DNA of 63,891 nt, filler included, from Sluysia triapertura (taxonomy: Eukaryota): assembly GCA_046118255.1 (NCBI GenBank). It is 5 parts of 5 records of this genome, joined end to end, with 100 filler letters (N's around TTAATTAATTAA, not from the genome) between each part and the next. Parts side by side here need not be neighbours in the genome. Positions count along the whole stretch, not along the records: positions 28,437 to 40,561 come from JBJNIA010137173.1; positions 40,662 to 52,702 come from JBJNIA010145610.1; 3 more parts are not named here. One strand, written 5' to 3'. Both the position numbers and the translations under genes were made by a program. Positions 28,509-42,260 of this stretch are shown piece by piece; within the stretch, counting starts at the first letter, position 1, and the number at the start of each line of letters is the position of its first letter. Under the pieces are notes generated by a model. It saw only the letters and a list, made by a program, of their open reading frames with translations. It searched no databases and was not told the DNA's origin.

Positions 28509-29003
28509 TCATAGAGAAAGGAATAATCGAACCGCAAAATTAGGAGAGTACCTGAGGAGAAATTAAACGTTAAAATTTAGTTATTTGTAAACAAAAATGA
28601 AAAAATAACTACAGAGTTAGGATTTAAGTTACCTACTGTAGGCAAACTAGAATTCATTAGAGAAAAACTTACAAATTTATGAATCGAAAAAATTGTGATT
28701 TGTAAAGGATTTAAATAAATTGTAAATACCTTTACTTTTTGTTTAATCGAAAAAATATTCAGTAGCTATTCTGCGGCTGAAAGATCTTCGAAAACCATTC
28801 GAATAAATGTACACAGTTGTGCGATATTCGTAAAATTTACAAATTCATCAAACGACAAGGAGAAGAAGCAGAATTTATTAAAATTATTTTGCAAAATAGC
28901 TTCCAGTATTTTACTGCTGAAATTTTCTCTCTTTTATTTCAACAAATATAAACTTAATAACTTAATGGTTCGTCTGCAGTCTGAGATTTTTAATCGATGG
29001 ATT

Positions 29004-29149
29004 ATGTTTGGATATAGACATAAGGTGCCATTTTGTATAATTATATATAGTAATCTAAAAATTGTTAGACGGGGCTGATACCTCATTGGTAGAGCATCGA
29101 ACTGCGCAGCTAGAGGTCCCGGGTTAGTCCACTTTATGAAGTCTAACAA
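29004..29149 (+). repeat. tRNA-Ala-derived repeat copy (T arm deleted)
   Basis: ggggctgatacctcattggtagagc...agtccactttatgaagtctaaca with the shared leader. Confidence 0.75.
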
Positions 29150-30696
29150 TTACACAGCTACAGGTTTTTAGAATGAAAAGATTGGACAGTATACATGTAA
29201 GAAATTTTTCTCTTAATTCTTGTGTCAATATGGAATTTGCAAATTCTTAATAATTTTACAATTATCTCTTCTATGAAATAAATACAAATAAGTTACCAAA
29301 TTTTAATAAAAATGAAAATAAACTTTTTGCACTAAAATTAAACACAATTAATTATAAATTAATTATAGTATATAATAATGACTTAAAAGTTAAGGTTATT
29401 TCCTTAATTTACAATTTAATTTTAACCAGGTTTTAAACCAGGAATAATAGAGAATTTGAGTTAAATTTTAACCATACCTAATCGAAGGAAGAAATCCATA
29501 ACAAATAAACCCAAGACTTCGATTGAAAAGAATGTTTGATAAACAAATATAAATATTATTCCAGTTAACTAATACCCATTTGATATAAAAATAACTTCGA
29601 AGATAGGTGAAACAATTAATCTCGAACATGGAAACTATTATGTCAATATTGCAAAGTAATCCTGACCAACGTCGAAGTGAATATTCATCAAGTCGGTTTT
29701 TCATGTTGTGTGTTTACAGATGATTTTGTTTATTTGTAATCAGTAACAAGAGAAATAAAAATGCTATATTAAATTTGACAGTGCTGATTATGAAAATTTT
29801 ATTTGTATTAAATTAAACAAAGTTGAGCAAAAAAATATCATTAAAATTTTCATTTCTATTTTTCTGAGCATATAAAATTAATTATTCTTATTTGTTAATT
29901 TTATTTAGTTTATTTTTAAATTTATTTTAAGATTTAAAATTTATTCCTTGACATTCTGTTTTTCTTCTTATAATATCATCTTTACCCACCGTTCGATGCA
30001 TAATAGTGAGAGTGATATATTATTGATATAATCCAGTATTTTTAAAATCTTTAGATAATACTTCACCAGCTTTTATAAATGTTTCTTTCTATATTTCGCC
30101 ATCTTCTAAAAGTTTTGTATATTTTATCAAAACATTAGCTACCATTTTATAAAGTAAAAAATAAATTTATTGATATAATTAATTACAATATGGAACAATA
30201 TATCAAAGTGAAATGCCCAGTTATAGAAATTTTTTCCCAAAAAGAATACTATTCAACACTTACTAAGAAAAGCAATTTTGTTCTTATTTCTTCACGCCTA
30301 TTAATAATATTCAAAATTAATTATACTTAATAACTTTGTGACAAGAAAATAAAAGTGCATAAATACAATGTTTGTTATGGGATATGAATTTTTATTTGTG
30401 GGCGACCAGTCCACCGCGATCAATGTATTGTCATCTGTTATTTTTATTTTATTTTTCGAATTTTGTTTGATATTCTGTTTTGTAATTGTTGCATCAATAG
30501 TTCCACATTTACTCTCAATATGTCACTCTCAATATTTTAAGAAATATTGTTAGTGAAGTAAAAATAAGCAAAGTATTCCTATAAGACATTCATATCTAAA
30601 GTTTTTGTTAAAAAATCCTATAAGATTATATACCGAAATGTCACCTAACTTTCATGACGAACCCAATATTAACTATTTTTCTGAATTAAGTTCCAC

Positions 30697-30758
<62 letters not shown>

Positions 30759-31037
30759 TCATAAGTTTATTTAAACGACTTTGTGTACTTGTCCTAAAGT
30801 AGATATAAACAATGTACTAAACATTGAAATGCCAAAAGATGATAATATAATGAAATTGTCATATAATGAATTCATATTTGAGATTTTTAGAAAGTTTAAA
30901 AATTGTTACGTAATTACTATAAGTGGTTTATAGTTTTAACTGAATTAAGATATATTTAAGGCTTATAACTGAATTAAAAAAGTTTACATTATTAGCTCCT
31001 TACTTCCTGCAATATCAATATGAAGTTTTATTATTCT

Positions 31038-31190
31038 GTTAGACTTCATAAAATAGACTGACCGGAGATCGAATCCGGGACCTCTCGTGTGCAGTTCGAA
31101 ATCTCTACCACTGAGTTAACGATTTTATTTTATTATAGTCAATTTTATCAAATGGCACTTTAGGCTTTTTTATCCCAACAATTCTACTTA
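31038..31190 (-). repeat. tRNA-Ala-derived repeat copy
   Basis: ctcagtggtagagatttcgaactgcacacgagaggtcccggattcgatctccggtcagtc plus shared leader and tail. Confidence 0.75.
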
Positions 31191-31779
31191 ATTTATAACT
31201 TTTCAAATGTAAATAAACTTACACTATTAACACGATTTTAAGTTATTTTTATTACATTAAATAACATACATTCTTTTATACTTTTAAATATTAATACTTT
31301 AGAGAAAATTTTCTAATTTAATTGAAAAAATTTATTAAAATATTCTATTAACATGTATTTCGGTTTTTTGTTTTTTGTAATTAGTTATAACTTGCAAAAC
31401 ACTTACTCTTTAACAAATTCAAGAAGATAATTTTGTACGTGTACTATTACTACATATCTGATAGATGCAAAGAATTCGTTGACAATGAAGCACTAAGTAA
31501 ATTTAGGAAAACTTTATCATTTACATAATCATTTATTTTATTTATTTGTAAGACAATTTAAAATTTTTGAATTTCAAGCACTTCATGTTTTATTTAGGTT
31601 TCACTGTTTAAGAAAGCACACTTTGTGTTAATCAGTAAATAAGGCTAAACTGATAATCTCTTTCATTTATTTTTAAATTTGTAAAATTTTAATTGTTTTA
31701 ATATTTGTAGTTTTAGCTTTCTACATTTTTGATTAGACATGGTAAAATTGACGCTTTTATAAAATGTAATTTTATTTAG

Positions 31780-32214
31780 AGCAAGCGAAAAGTTGAAATT
31801 AACATAACTGATCAGTTTGTGAAATCAATGGAAAATCAAAGCGAAAGTGAATTTAACAATCTTGATGTACCTGAACATTTTAAATATGGTGTTCATTACG
31901 ACGATGGATACAATTACATGCAACATTTAGTCAGTATGAAAGATTTCAAAAATCCTAATTTTGAGTTACCAGTAATTAATTTTCGCAAAGATTCTATCGC
32001 TTCTGTCTATAAAAGTGAAGTTGAGGACAATTTATTTGACGAAAGTAATAGCCTGAATGAAGAAGAAGCTGACGAATTTTTTGAAAATTTTGTTAACAAT
32101 AATGAAGCAAAAACTGTAAAGGAACAGCCACAAAATGTAAGGAACAAAAAAGTGTCATTTATGGATGGTTTTGTAAAATGTCTTTCAGAAATTACAAACG
32201 ACATTCATAAAGAA
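31780..32214 (+). CDS. LTV1: LTV1-like 40S ribosome biogenesis factor, internal exon (gene partial or degenerate)
   Basis: KYGVHYDDGYNYMQHL matches the LTV1 YG.F.DD.YDY.QHL motif, followed by an acidic region; ag/gt boundaries. Confidence 0.7.
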
Positions 32215-33974
32215 GTAAGCATTTCAGTATTTTAAGGCAATGAGCCATTTTTTTAAATGAATGTATTTTTTAACATTATTGAACCATTTTCATTACTACT
32301 AATATACACTTTGTCATTAAACAAATAAAAAATTTTATATGCAAATGAAAAAATTATTCAAGTGTAATTAAGATTAATAAGCTTAATTAAATCACTCATT
32401 CTAAACTTTAATAGAGTATTCTTTAATTGGATTCACATCAACTTCGTAAAATTATCCTTCATGTTTATAATGACTGAAACATTTAAAATTTTCAAAAAGT
32501 ACGACAATTTTACTGAAAATAATTTAAAACGAAACGAAAACATCTTAGTAATATTTATAGCTTTAAATATATTTTAGACTTTGAAATTATGAAAGAAATA
32601 TATCTCAAAATCCATAAATGTGCAGCCAAAGTAATTCTTCATTCACTGATAACTAATATAAATTTTAATAATTGTATTTTGATTTTGTGAGGAAATCAAA
32701 CAGCAAGTATACTTTTAGAAATAAGAATTCATAAAAAAGGAAAAGGGTGGTAGTAAAACCATATTCTAGCAACGAAGATTGTCAATAAAATAGAAGTTGT
32801 GTCCGGACAGTCTGAGGCGACTTTGAAAGAAATTAAAAGAAAAATGAAATGAGTTAACAATAACAAAATCAATCATTCGTCGATGCCTAAGATACTCAAG
32901 TTATCACAGAGAGAAATAAAAGGAGTAAATGAATTGAATAAAATACAGTTAATGCTTAAATAAAAATGCAAATATTGGATTCAACATATATAAATTTTTA
33001 TTGTGTGTTTCATGGACATCTTATTTTTATTACTATGATTTTATTAAAATCAAATTGTACAGATTATTATAAAAATTATCTAATTAAATTATATTTTGAT
33101 GAGTTTCATTAAAGATTTTACTTTACTGAAACAAAATTTGTTATTAATTTTTTGTTACAAAAATGTTTAGGTTTATTCTATACATTTTTATGCGTTACAT
33201 TTATTTTTTATGTATTGTAAATGAACAGCATTTTAAATCGTAAAAAGTATTTATGTATCTTGAACATTCGCGCTGATATGGCTATGTGATTAAACATTAG
33301 ATCTAATCCGAAGTTTTATTGAGGTACGTAGAATTTTTATTAATATTAAAATTATTACTGTAACTAATTAATACTTGCAAATTGACAGGAAAATGTTTAT
33401 TTCATTTTTATGTAATAACGATAATTAAACAACATTTTTAAAACTATAAAGTAATAAAATATCATGTTTTCGACATATTGAATGATCCTTGCAACCAATT
33501 AAACAAGAATTTCAATCACTTAGCTGAATAATCCCTTTTCAAAGGAAATAGAACTTATAGGAAGATACTAAATGTTCAGGAAACTTGGTCGAAGTGAATT
33601 TCTATATTAAACTTGGTCAATAATAGAATTTCGAATGTATAAACTTATAATAAAAACTTATAAAACTTTCACTTTTACGAATCATGATGTAAGCTTTAAC
33701 ATTATTGGATATGAACTTATGCTTGTCCTGGTATTTTAACTTATGGGTTCGTTTATAGTCTACGGTTTATGTCTGAACGAGGTGGTAGTTCTAAATATGA
33801 CTCCTTAATTTTCTTTTATAAATCACTATCCTAAAATTCTTACTCTTTTAACTAACATGAACTTTTCTGGAGTCTTAACTAGATTTATGAATATTTTACT
33901 TTAATTTGAGTAATTGCTACAATACACTTTCCAAATTAAATAACTAATAAGACGCAATTGCAAATAAATTAATT

Positions 33975-34330
33975 GTATAATAATAATATATTAATTTATA
34001 TTGCGTTCATACCTACTGCGAAAGTACTCAAAAGCGCTTATGGTAAATCATTCACCATAATATTTCTGAAACAGAAAGAACTTTGCCTTTCTTTTAAATG
34101 CTTCATAGTCTTCTAATAATTTGACATTCTCTGGTAACTAGTTGTATATAACCTATCACCTAGCTTGTTATCACTCTGGATTCTGTATAGATTATCATGC
34201 TTCAATGAAATATTCATCTTTCCAATTTTTTTATTTCTAAAAGATAACCAGGATTTCCGTAATTTAAGCATTTGTAAATTAATGTCATGATTTTGAATTC
34301 TATTCTTGCTTTTATTGGCAATCAATGTAA
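33975..34330 (-). mobile_element. LINE 3' end, same family as 925-1900
   Basis: High nucleotide similarity to 925-1220 including the tail. Confidence 0.75.
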
Positions 34331-34920
34331 TTCTTTAAGATAAGGTGTTACATGAGATCTTCCAATAACAAAACTATAACATGTAAGTGTTGTGAATTAA
34401 ATATGTAAAATTAAGTGAATTGTAAAGAAAAATTAAATGCAAATCAAATAAAATGTACAATGTGTAAATAAAATTAAAAAGAAATATAAAATGTAAATTA
34501 TATAAATTAAAATTTTTATTATTTTGCTGAATAAAATATAAATAAATTTAATTACTATTTTTAATTTATGAAAAATCATCTATTGTTTTATGAATAGTAA
34601 TTGTTTTTATTGTTTAAAATTAAATTATAAATGGCTTATTATTACATTGAATAAACCATAACTTTCATTATTTTATCGTTTAATTATTTTATAATTCAAT
34701 AAAAATACATGCTTAATTGTCTTATAATTACTTTTTGAATGAAAATATATACAAACCATGATAATATCAATATAAAATGAATTGCATGTATATTATTCTA
34801 TGAAAATTAAATATACAAAAAATTTGCCCCGCACTGAAGAAAAGAATATAAATAAGAGAGGATAGTTCAAGAGAAGTGTTTATAATATTAATACAAACAT
34901 TACATCATTTAGTTATAGAA

Positions 34921-37379
34921 AAGTGTTTCCTAACGTGGGGCCAATTTGAAAATGGAATCGACAAAACTTTAACCCTTTCGTCCCGGGCTATTTAAATGCA
35001 GTGCTAGATATCGGTGCCAAATTTAACAAAAGAAGCAAATTCTTAAATAATTATCAGATATAATTTCGTTTGACGAGACCAAAATATAACTGGGTGATTG
35101 GTCTCGTCGAATAAACTTGGCTCGTGGTTTACCGCGAAGTGTGCAGTCTGACGGGGTGGGGCGGAACCCGGCCAGTCAAGAAATTCGCACCTAATTGGCC
35201 TATCATTACAGCTGTAGTGTTTCACATCATTCTGAAATAAATGTCCGTCAAAATTGTAGTAGAAGCTCGTTTTTTATAAATATACATATTTATTATATAG
35301 ATATAATTGGTAAATATTTTAATTTATTTCAATTTTAGAAGCATAACTTTGCAGAGTTTTTTCAAATAGAAAAAATTTAGGTACCTATGGATTTGCGGTG
35401 GCAGTATAGTAAATGTGTTATATACATTTAAATAAATATGAATTTTTAGTATACATTTGCTCTATGTCACAGTGAATTAATTTTAACACATTTTAATATT
35501 ATTAAAATGAGTAATGCAAGCAAGAAAAAAACTCGTCAATGTTCGGAGGAATACTTAAATTTGGGTTCATACCTGCTGTTCAAGATACGCGGATTCTTTT
35601 TTGTCTTTTATGCCAGCAATACTTGAGTAACAAATCAATGAAACAAAGTCGTCTTGAGGCGCATTCGAAGGCGAAACATAGTGCTCATATTAATTCAGAT
35701 TTGAGTTACTTTAAAACATTGAAGGAAAACTTTGAAAAAAGAACAAAGTCGCTAATTACTGCCCATACTTAAACCAATAATCTTGTTCTTGAGGCTAGTT
35801 ATCAAATTTCTTTATCGCTAAAACTGGAAATCACACTATAGGAGAGAATTTAATAAAACCGTCAGTACCAGCATTTCTTAAAATGGTTCTTGAAAAAGAT
35901 GTAAAAGCTATGCCACTCAGTAAAAATACTGTTAGCAGAAGAATAGACGAAATGAGTGAAGATATGGAAAACAACTTGTTGAAAAGCTGAAAACAAGAAA
36001 ATTTTCAATGCAAATGGATGAATCAACTTTGAGAGATGGTGGGGCAGTATTGATAACTTACTTAAGATATATTGATAAAGATATATTGTAAAATATTAGA
36101 AAACGCCGCTACTCTCAAAGATATATTTAATAAGCTAACAAAGCTACTTAAATGTCAATATGACAATGAAAAATATAACATTTTGTGCTGCAGATGGTGA
36201 TCCAAATATGATGGGCAAGAAAAATGGTTGCTTAAAATTGGTGAAAGATGCGAATCCAGAAATGATTCTTGTGCATTGTGTTATTCATAGGCAAAACTTG
36301 GTAGCTAATAACATATAAACATACTGTAATAAAATGTGTTAATGTTATTAAAGCTAGTGCCAAATATGAGTCTTTTCAAGCTATTTTGTGAAGAACAAAA
36401 TGAAAACCATGTAAGGCTTTTACTTCATACTGAAGTAAGGTGGCTATCTAAAGGAAACTGCTTGAAATGATTTAAGGAACTGTTTGATACTCTTAGTGAT
36501 TTTTTAAGCGACAAACCAGAAATGAAGCATCTATTAACAATCGATGGTAAAGCCTTTGTGAGTTATTTAGCCGATATCTTTAACAAACTAAATATATTAA
36601 ATAAGCAACTTCAAGGAACAAATAAAACTCTTGTCGATGCAAAAGCGAAGATATTTGAGTTATGGCAGAAACATATTAACAACAAAAATTTGAACAGTTC
36701 CACTGGCTCCAAAAATGTGAAGTAACTGATAACGCTGTACTTGTTATTGTAAATCATTTGAATAATTTATCTGCCGATTTAAAAGAAAAATTTTTAGATT
36801 TAAAACAAATTTATTTCCCAACATGGATGATGCAGCCAATGTTAGTGGATTTGTCTGATATATCAAATATGCAGTATCAAGTTAAACTCGCCGAATTGCA
36901 AAATGATGACTCAGTTATATAGTATAAAAGATGCGATGGCATGGCTCAACCATCTTCATTTTTGGCTGAATGTGAATTTAGTGCTGTAAATGATTTACTG
37001 ATAAAAAAGAAATCGGCTGGATATAACACAACGTGGGGATTTGAGACTGAAATTGGAACCCAATATAAAATCTCTCTGCAGCAAGCATCAAGCACAAGGA
37101 TCTCACTACATTAAAATAACAAATTAATATAGAAAAATTATTATTAAAATTATTTGGAATTTGAATTTCAGTTTTTCATTATATGTTTTGAAATTTTACT
37201 TACTCTGTTTTTTTTAACAATTTGATAGTGATTTATTCTTAGAATCCATCATTTATGTTTCTTAAGTGAACAAATCAGTTTTTTTAATGTTACATATTAC
37301 GCATGTTACATAGGGAGAGGCATAAAAACTTTCGAAAGATTAAAGTGGGGCATGGCACAAAATAGGTTGGGAAACACTG
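34921..37379 (+). mobile_element. Near full-length hAT Charlie/Buster transposon
   Basis: TIRs (c/a)AGTGTTTCCTAAC / GTTGGGAAACACTG enclosing a transposase. Confidence 0.92.
35507..37113 (+). pseudogene. ZBED5/SCAND3-like hAT transposase, frameshifted
   Basis: BED finger CLLC...HSKAKH, QMDES, ADG.PNMMG, HCVIHRQNL, LLLHTEVRWLSKG, YLADIF, QAQGSH. Confidence 0.92.
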
Positions 37380-37419
37380 GTCTATAACCTATTAACACTA
37401 AAGCTTACAATGATTTCTT

Positions 37420-37545
37420 TAAACAGGCGAGATATACAACTTTTCAACAAACAACAAAACGTAAAAATATTAAGCCAATGTCAATTAATAAGCCTAAATT
37501 TTGGCAATATTATAAACAACGAATTTCATTATTGCCAACCTAATA
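37420..37545 (-). mobile_element. mariner terminal fragment, related to 17430-17556
   Basis: TIR TATTAGGTTGGCAATAATG; shared aagccaatgtcaa segment. Confidence 0.6.
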
Positions 37546-39221
37546 ATTAATACAAAATATATAATGAAAATAATTTATATATAATAAATTTATAAATAAT
37601 TTTCTATTTAAATAAAATAAAATTGTAATGCAACAGTTTAATATTACAATTAATACCCATTTATAAAATCTATAAATAAAACAAAATATTAATAGTAATA
37701 ATAACTGTAATTGTTAAATGAATAGATTAAATACAAAATGATTGTTGGAATTTAATAGCAATGATCTTCAATAAAATTTCCGCCGTTTAATGCAAATTAA
37801 GTTTTTATTGTCGTATCTTTAAATGAGTTCCATATGAACAGTAGCATGCAATTTTTTAGTTTAATTGGAACGGATTTTGTCCGGATATANNNNNNNNNNN
37901 NNNNNNNNNNNNNNNNNNNNNNNNNNNNNNNNNNNNNNNNNNNNNNNNNNNNNNNNNNNNNNNNNNNNNNNNNNNNNNNNNNNNNNNNNNNNNNNNNNNN
38001 NNNNNNNNNNNNNNNNNNNNNNNNNNNNNNNNNNNNNNNNNNNNNNNNNNNNNNNNNNNNNNNNNNNNNNNAATGTTTTACATTAACACCCTAAATTAAG
38101 AAAGAAATATTTAGAAAAATGCATGTAAGCTAAAAAGAAAAAATAAAACAATAATAGAATGATACCAATATAAAATAGAATTCACAACACTTAATTAGCA
38201 AGTAATGAAGGTGGTGGGTTAAACGAAAATACTTATCAAGTCGCAAATCTAAATTAATGAAAATAGAAAAGTTTTGATAATTAAAAAGTATAATAATATG
38301 TATTCAAAAAAGTAAGTAACAATAAAATGATAATAAATCTATACAAACTACAATTCTGGTAATACTGTTCGATCAAGCTATGACCAACTTTACGATTAAG
38401 TACATATATTTTATCCAGCAGATTTTTTGTACGCTTTGTTCATTTAAGGTTTTCCTAAATAAAATTTTTGGTATAAAATCAGACTTAATAGAGTAACATT
38501 TTACACTAACTTTAAGTTAGCGACAAACTATTTACCAAAATCTTTATAAATTGTAATTAGTATGTATGCTTTGTATAAATAAGTTCTTATTTAGTGTAAT
38601 AAATATTTCTCTTTTTCGTATTTTGTTACATAATGTAATTATTAATATTGGAAGTAATCTGAAAGTTAAGTTATTACAAATCATTTAGTAATTTCAATAT
38701 TTAAATATAAAAGCGAAATTGTCATAAATAATTCAGAATTTTGAATGTTCAGAAAAGATTAAATTGTTACAAAGAATTCTAGCTAACTTCTTTGTGCACG
38801 GTAATGCGCAAAGTAAATTTCATAACTTATAGAAAATAAAAAATTATTGGTCTTGTTATTGAATTAGAGAGTTTAAAGCATGCCTGGTTAATAAAATTTA
38901 TAATGAAATATAAAATTACGAAGTTACAATTTAAATAGAGTTTATTTATTTGTAAGGAATTGATTTAATCTAATTATAGAATACTACACAGATATTAAAA
39001 GAAATCTCATAGAAAAATCGTTGACTAGAAGTGAACCCTAAGTTAGTTTTTAAATAAAAAACAGCTTGCATACTGCAGAAATGAAAAAACAGGACAAAAA
39101 TGAATGCTGTCACACTGATATTCACAAACTAACACACTACAACTAAACAATGGTATACAAATAAATTTATCTTAATATGGCAATACCAGCATTATAGTAC
39201 AGAAAAAATTGGCCATTATTA

Positions 39222-39252
<31 letters not shown>

Positions 39253-41390
39253 TAAAATTATTTTTGATCTTACAAAATTATTTTTGATCCTAACTAAAGA
39301 AAAGTTATTACAGAATAAAATAAACATTGACAAAGAAATAAATAAATTTCCATAAGTTATTTTAGTTAGATTATAAGTTATTAAAAAAATTAACTGTATA
39401 ACTTAATCGTACTACTCAATGATAGTTAATAGTATAGTATAATTAAAGCACAATTATTACTAAGTGAAAAAAATTCTTTGAATTTGAAATTACATTGATT
39501 AAAAATTGTCAAGCTTTGAATAAATGAAACTTTAACGAAATTACGTAACTCCAATAAAATGTAAGAGAAAAATATATACAATTTGAAATTTAAATTAAAT
39601 TAATTAATTTTATGTATATAATTCTTATTTATATTTTATAATTTTTGATTTATTTTATTGGAACACATAATAATCATAAAATTATTTTGTAATTTTCTTT
39701 TTTTGATCAACAAAAACATTTGAAATTCTTTTTCAGATATTAAACTTTTTATTTATTTAAACTTTTCATTATTATTTTATTTTTATTAGTATTATTTAGA
39801 TGAATATCGTTTCTATATAGAAATTGAAAATTTGGATTACCTTGAGAATTAATACAGATGTTTCCAATCGGATTTAAAAATTTTCCAACATACATAATTC
39901 TTGTTTGATTCAAATTATCAAAAACTTAAAATTAATGATTGTTTTGAATTTTAAGAGCATAATACAATATATAACTACTTTATCAATATAATAAATAATG
40001 ATATTTGAATTATATTTTTAAATTAATTTATAAAATGTTATTATTATTTTTATTTCTTTATTTAGTTAATAATGTAAAATTAAAAAATATGAATTTACAA
40101 TAAAATTCAAACATTAATGTAAAGATTTGTTCATAATTATATGTAAGAAATTATTATAAAACAAAAGAAAAATAAATGACAAATTATAAAATTTTACAAT
40201 AGTATTAAAATTGTAATTTAAGCCTTTACAGCTTACAAAAATCAGATCTGTTTTTTTGTTGCAATATAACTAATTATTTTCTTCACTTTTTTTATAAGTA
40301 ATTTATTTTAAATAACATATCATAAATTTGTATTATTTATATCACACAATTCTTTTGTATTTTAAAATAAATCTTATTTAAATGAAATGTAAATATTTAA
40401 GAAGTAAATGTAAATATGTAAATTTTATGTAAATTTAATTTTAATTTTTAATAATTTCTAATTTTGTATTAAATTATATCAAATTAAATGTAAATTAATT
40501 ATTAAATTTAAACTTTGAAACCAAATATTTATAAAAAGGAAATTAGCATTAAAAATAAATGNNNNNNNNNNNNNNNNNNNNNNNNNNNNNNNNNNNNNNN
40601 NNNNNTTAATTAATTAANNNNNNNNNNNNNNNNNNNNNNNNNNNNNNNNNNNNNNNNNNNNGTTGCGTAATTTATAAAATATAAAAGTCTTATTGAAAAC
40701 AACACCTAATAAAGGGTTGTAGAAGTAATTAACTAATATTAAATATAACAGTTAATAGTTTAAGAAAACCTAATAACACGTCTCCAATTTTTGTGTAAAA
40801 CGTATATATTAGGCGAACCGACCTATCGGATAATTTGTTAAGTATAAGAAAAATACTAGCAATATTTTAGTTAGTGCATGACTCGAGATGGATGGTAAAC
40901 CATCACATACAGTCATATGCACGATCTTTACTATATTTACAAAATTAATTCTTTATGATTTTAATATTACATATGACCCAACATGAGTGGGAGTACCATT
41001 ACATATGGTCAATTATGCAATATGTATTAAAAAACCTATATGAAGAAATGAGCCCTATACCTGATAAACAAATAAAATTTCGGGATAACGAAGTTAATTA
41101 TTAAGGTTAACAAAGAAGTTATTATTAAAATATAGTTTATAGTTGTGATGAAGTTATTGTTGGGCTCTCTCGTAATTGGACAATTAGTGTTTTCTTACTT
41201 ATATTCATACCTATATTGGTAGAATTCGCACTTAGGTTCCTGTTTCTATTGATAGCGACTGAAGTGATATTCGTATTCTTGTCATAAAGTATATTCGTAG
41301 CATTGTTAATGATTTTAAGTATTTTTCCTAATTTTATGTCCGAACCATTTTCGTTCTTATCTATGATTGGTACTTATACATCATGGTATC

Positions 41391-42260
41391 TTATTGTTGG
41401 CCATCATGTAATTCTGTTTTTCTCAATATCCAAAATTTGATAAACATGAGTCTATTAGTCGGGATATGATATAGACAAACAGTATCATTAGGCAATGTCA
41501 TTCCGAAACGTAAACCGTCAGATAGTTCGTACGCAATTATCAATGTATTATTGTATAACGGGTTATGAATACGTATAACATTTCCGAGATAGCGATATAT
41601 GATCATTGGAAACTCAATTACTGTTGAAGATTGTCGGAAAACAAATGGTTTAGTTCTTATCTTGTAATACCGTATCAAGATAGTTTTGGAGTTACTTTGA
41701 GAGTCATATTCTAGTTCCATAGTTATTGTTACGCTAATTAGTTGGTATTCGGCAAGATCAATGCAAGATATAAACCAATAGAAATCCTGTTTAATTGCCC
41801 TTGTCTCAATTTCACACCAATCCATTGTACAACATTTTATTTTAACGGAAAATAATTTAATTTTGTCTGTTAATATCTTAGCATAAACATCTTTCCGAGT
41901 GGCTACTAAAATTATTCTAGGTGTATTGTTTTCTGATAAATAATTTGCGCTTGATATACAAGATAGATAGATACATATCAAGATTGTAGATTTTACTTGA
42001 ATCATTTGACAGTCTCCGTATATGAGAGGTATTTGATTATTTGTAGCGTATTCATAAATTGGAGGTGGAAATATTGGCATACCTGGAGGAGGAGGAGCGT
42101 AATTGTTTCTGTGAGGAACTGTATACGCGTCGTCATCGTCATTATTTTTGTTATGCGGTAAGCATGGGTATCGACATCTATTCGAAACGAACATAATAAT
42201 AGTCAATATCACTATAACTAAAGCAATTACGAATAGTATTGCCGCACAATTAGTATCACT
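41391..42260 (-). CDS. Element-borne membrane protein: TM, proline-rich PPxY tail, second signal-like segment and ~180 aa domain
   Basis: 273-aa ORF whose open frame extends upstream to AAILFVIALVIVILTIIMFV; APPPPGMPIFPPPIYEY; ILICIYLSCISSA. Confidence 0.6.
   Translation of the reverse strand, partial: SDTNCAAILFVIALVIVILTIIMFVSNRCRYPCLPHNKNNDDDDAYTVPHRNNYAPPPPGMPIFPPPIYEYATNNQIPLIYGDCQMIQVKSTILICIYLSCISSANYLSENNTPRIILVATRKDVYAKILTDKIKLFSVKIKCCTMDWCEIETRAIKQDFYWFISCIDLAEYQLISVTITMELEYDSQSNSKTILIRYYKIRTKPFVFRQSSTVIEFPMIIYRYLGNVIRIHNPLYNNTLIIAYELSDGLRFGMTLPNDTVCLYHIPTNRLMFIKFWILRKTELHDGQQ

Noticed and set aside
29468-29704. Possible ion-channel exon on the minus strand
   Set aside because: Needs a frameshift and shows only generic hydrophobic similarity
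29940-30145. Stop-codon reassignment suggested by in-frame TAA/TAG in coding-like stretches (also near 23260 and 56820)
   Set aside because: The seven IFT122 exons and other conserved exons contain no in-frame stops; decay or sequencing error is simpler
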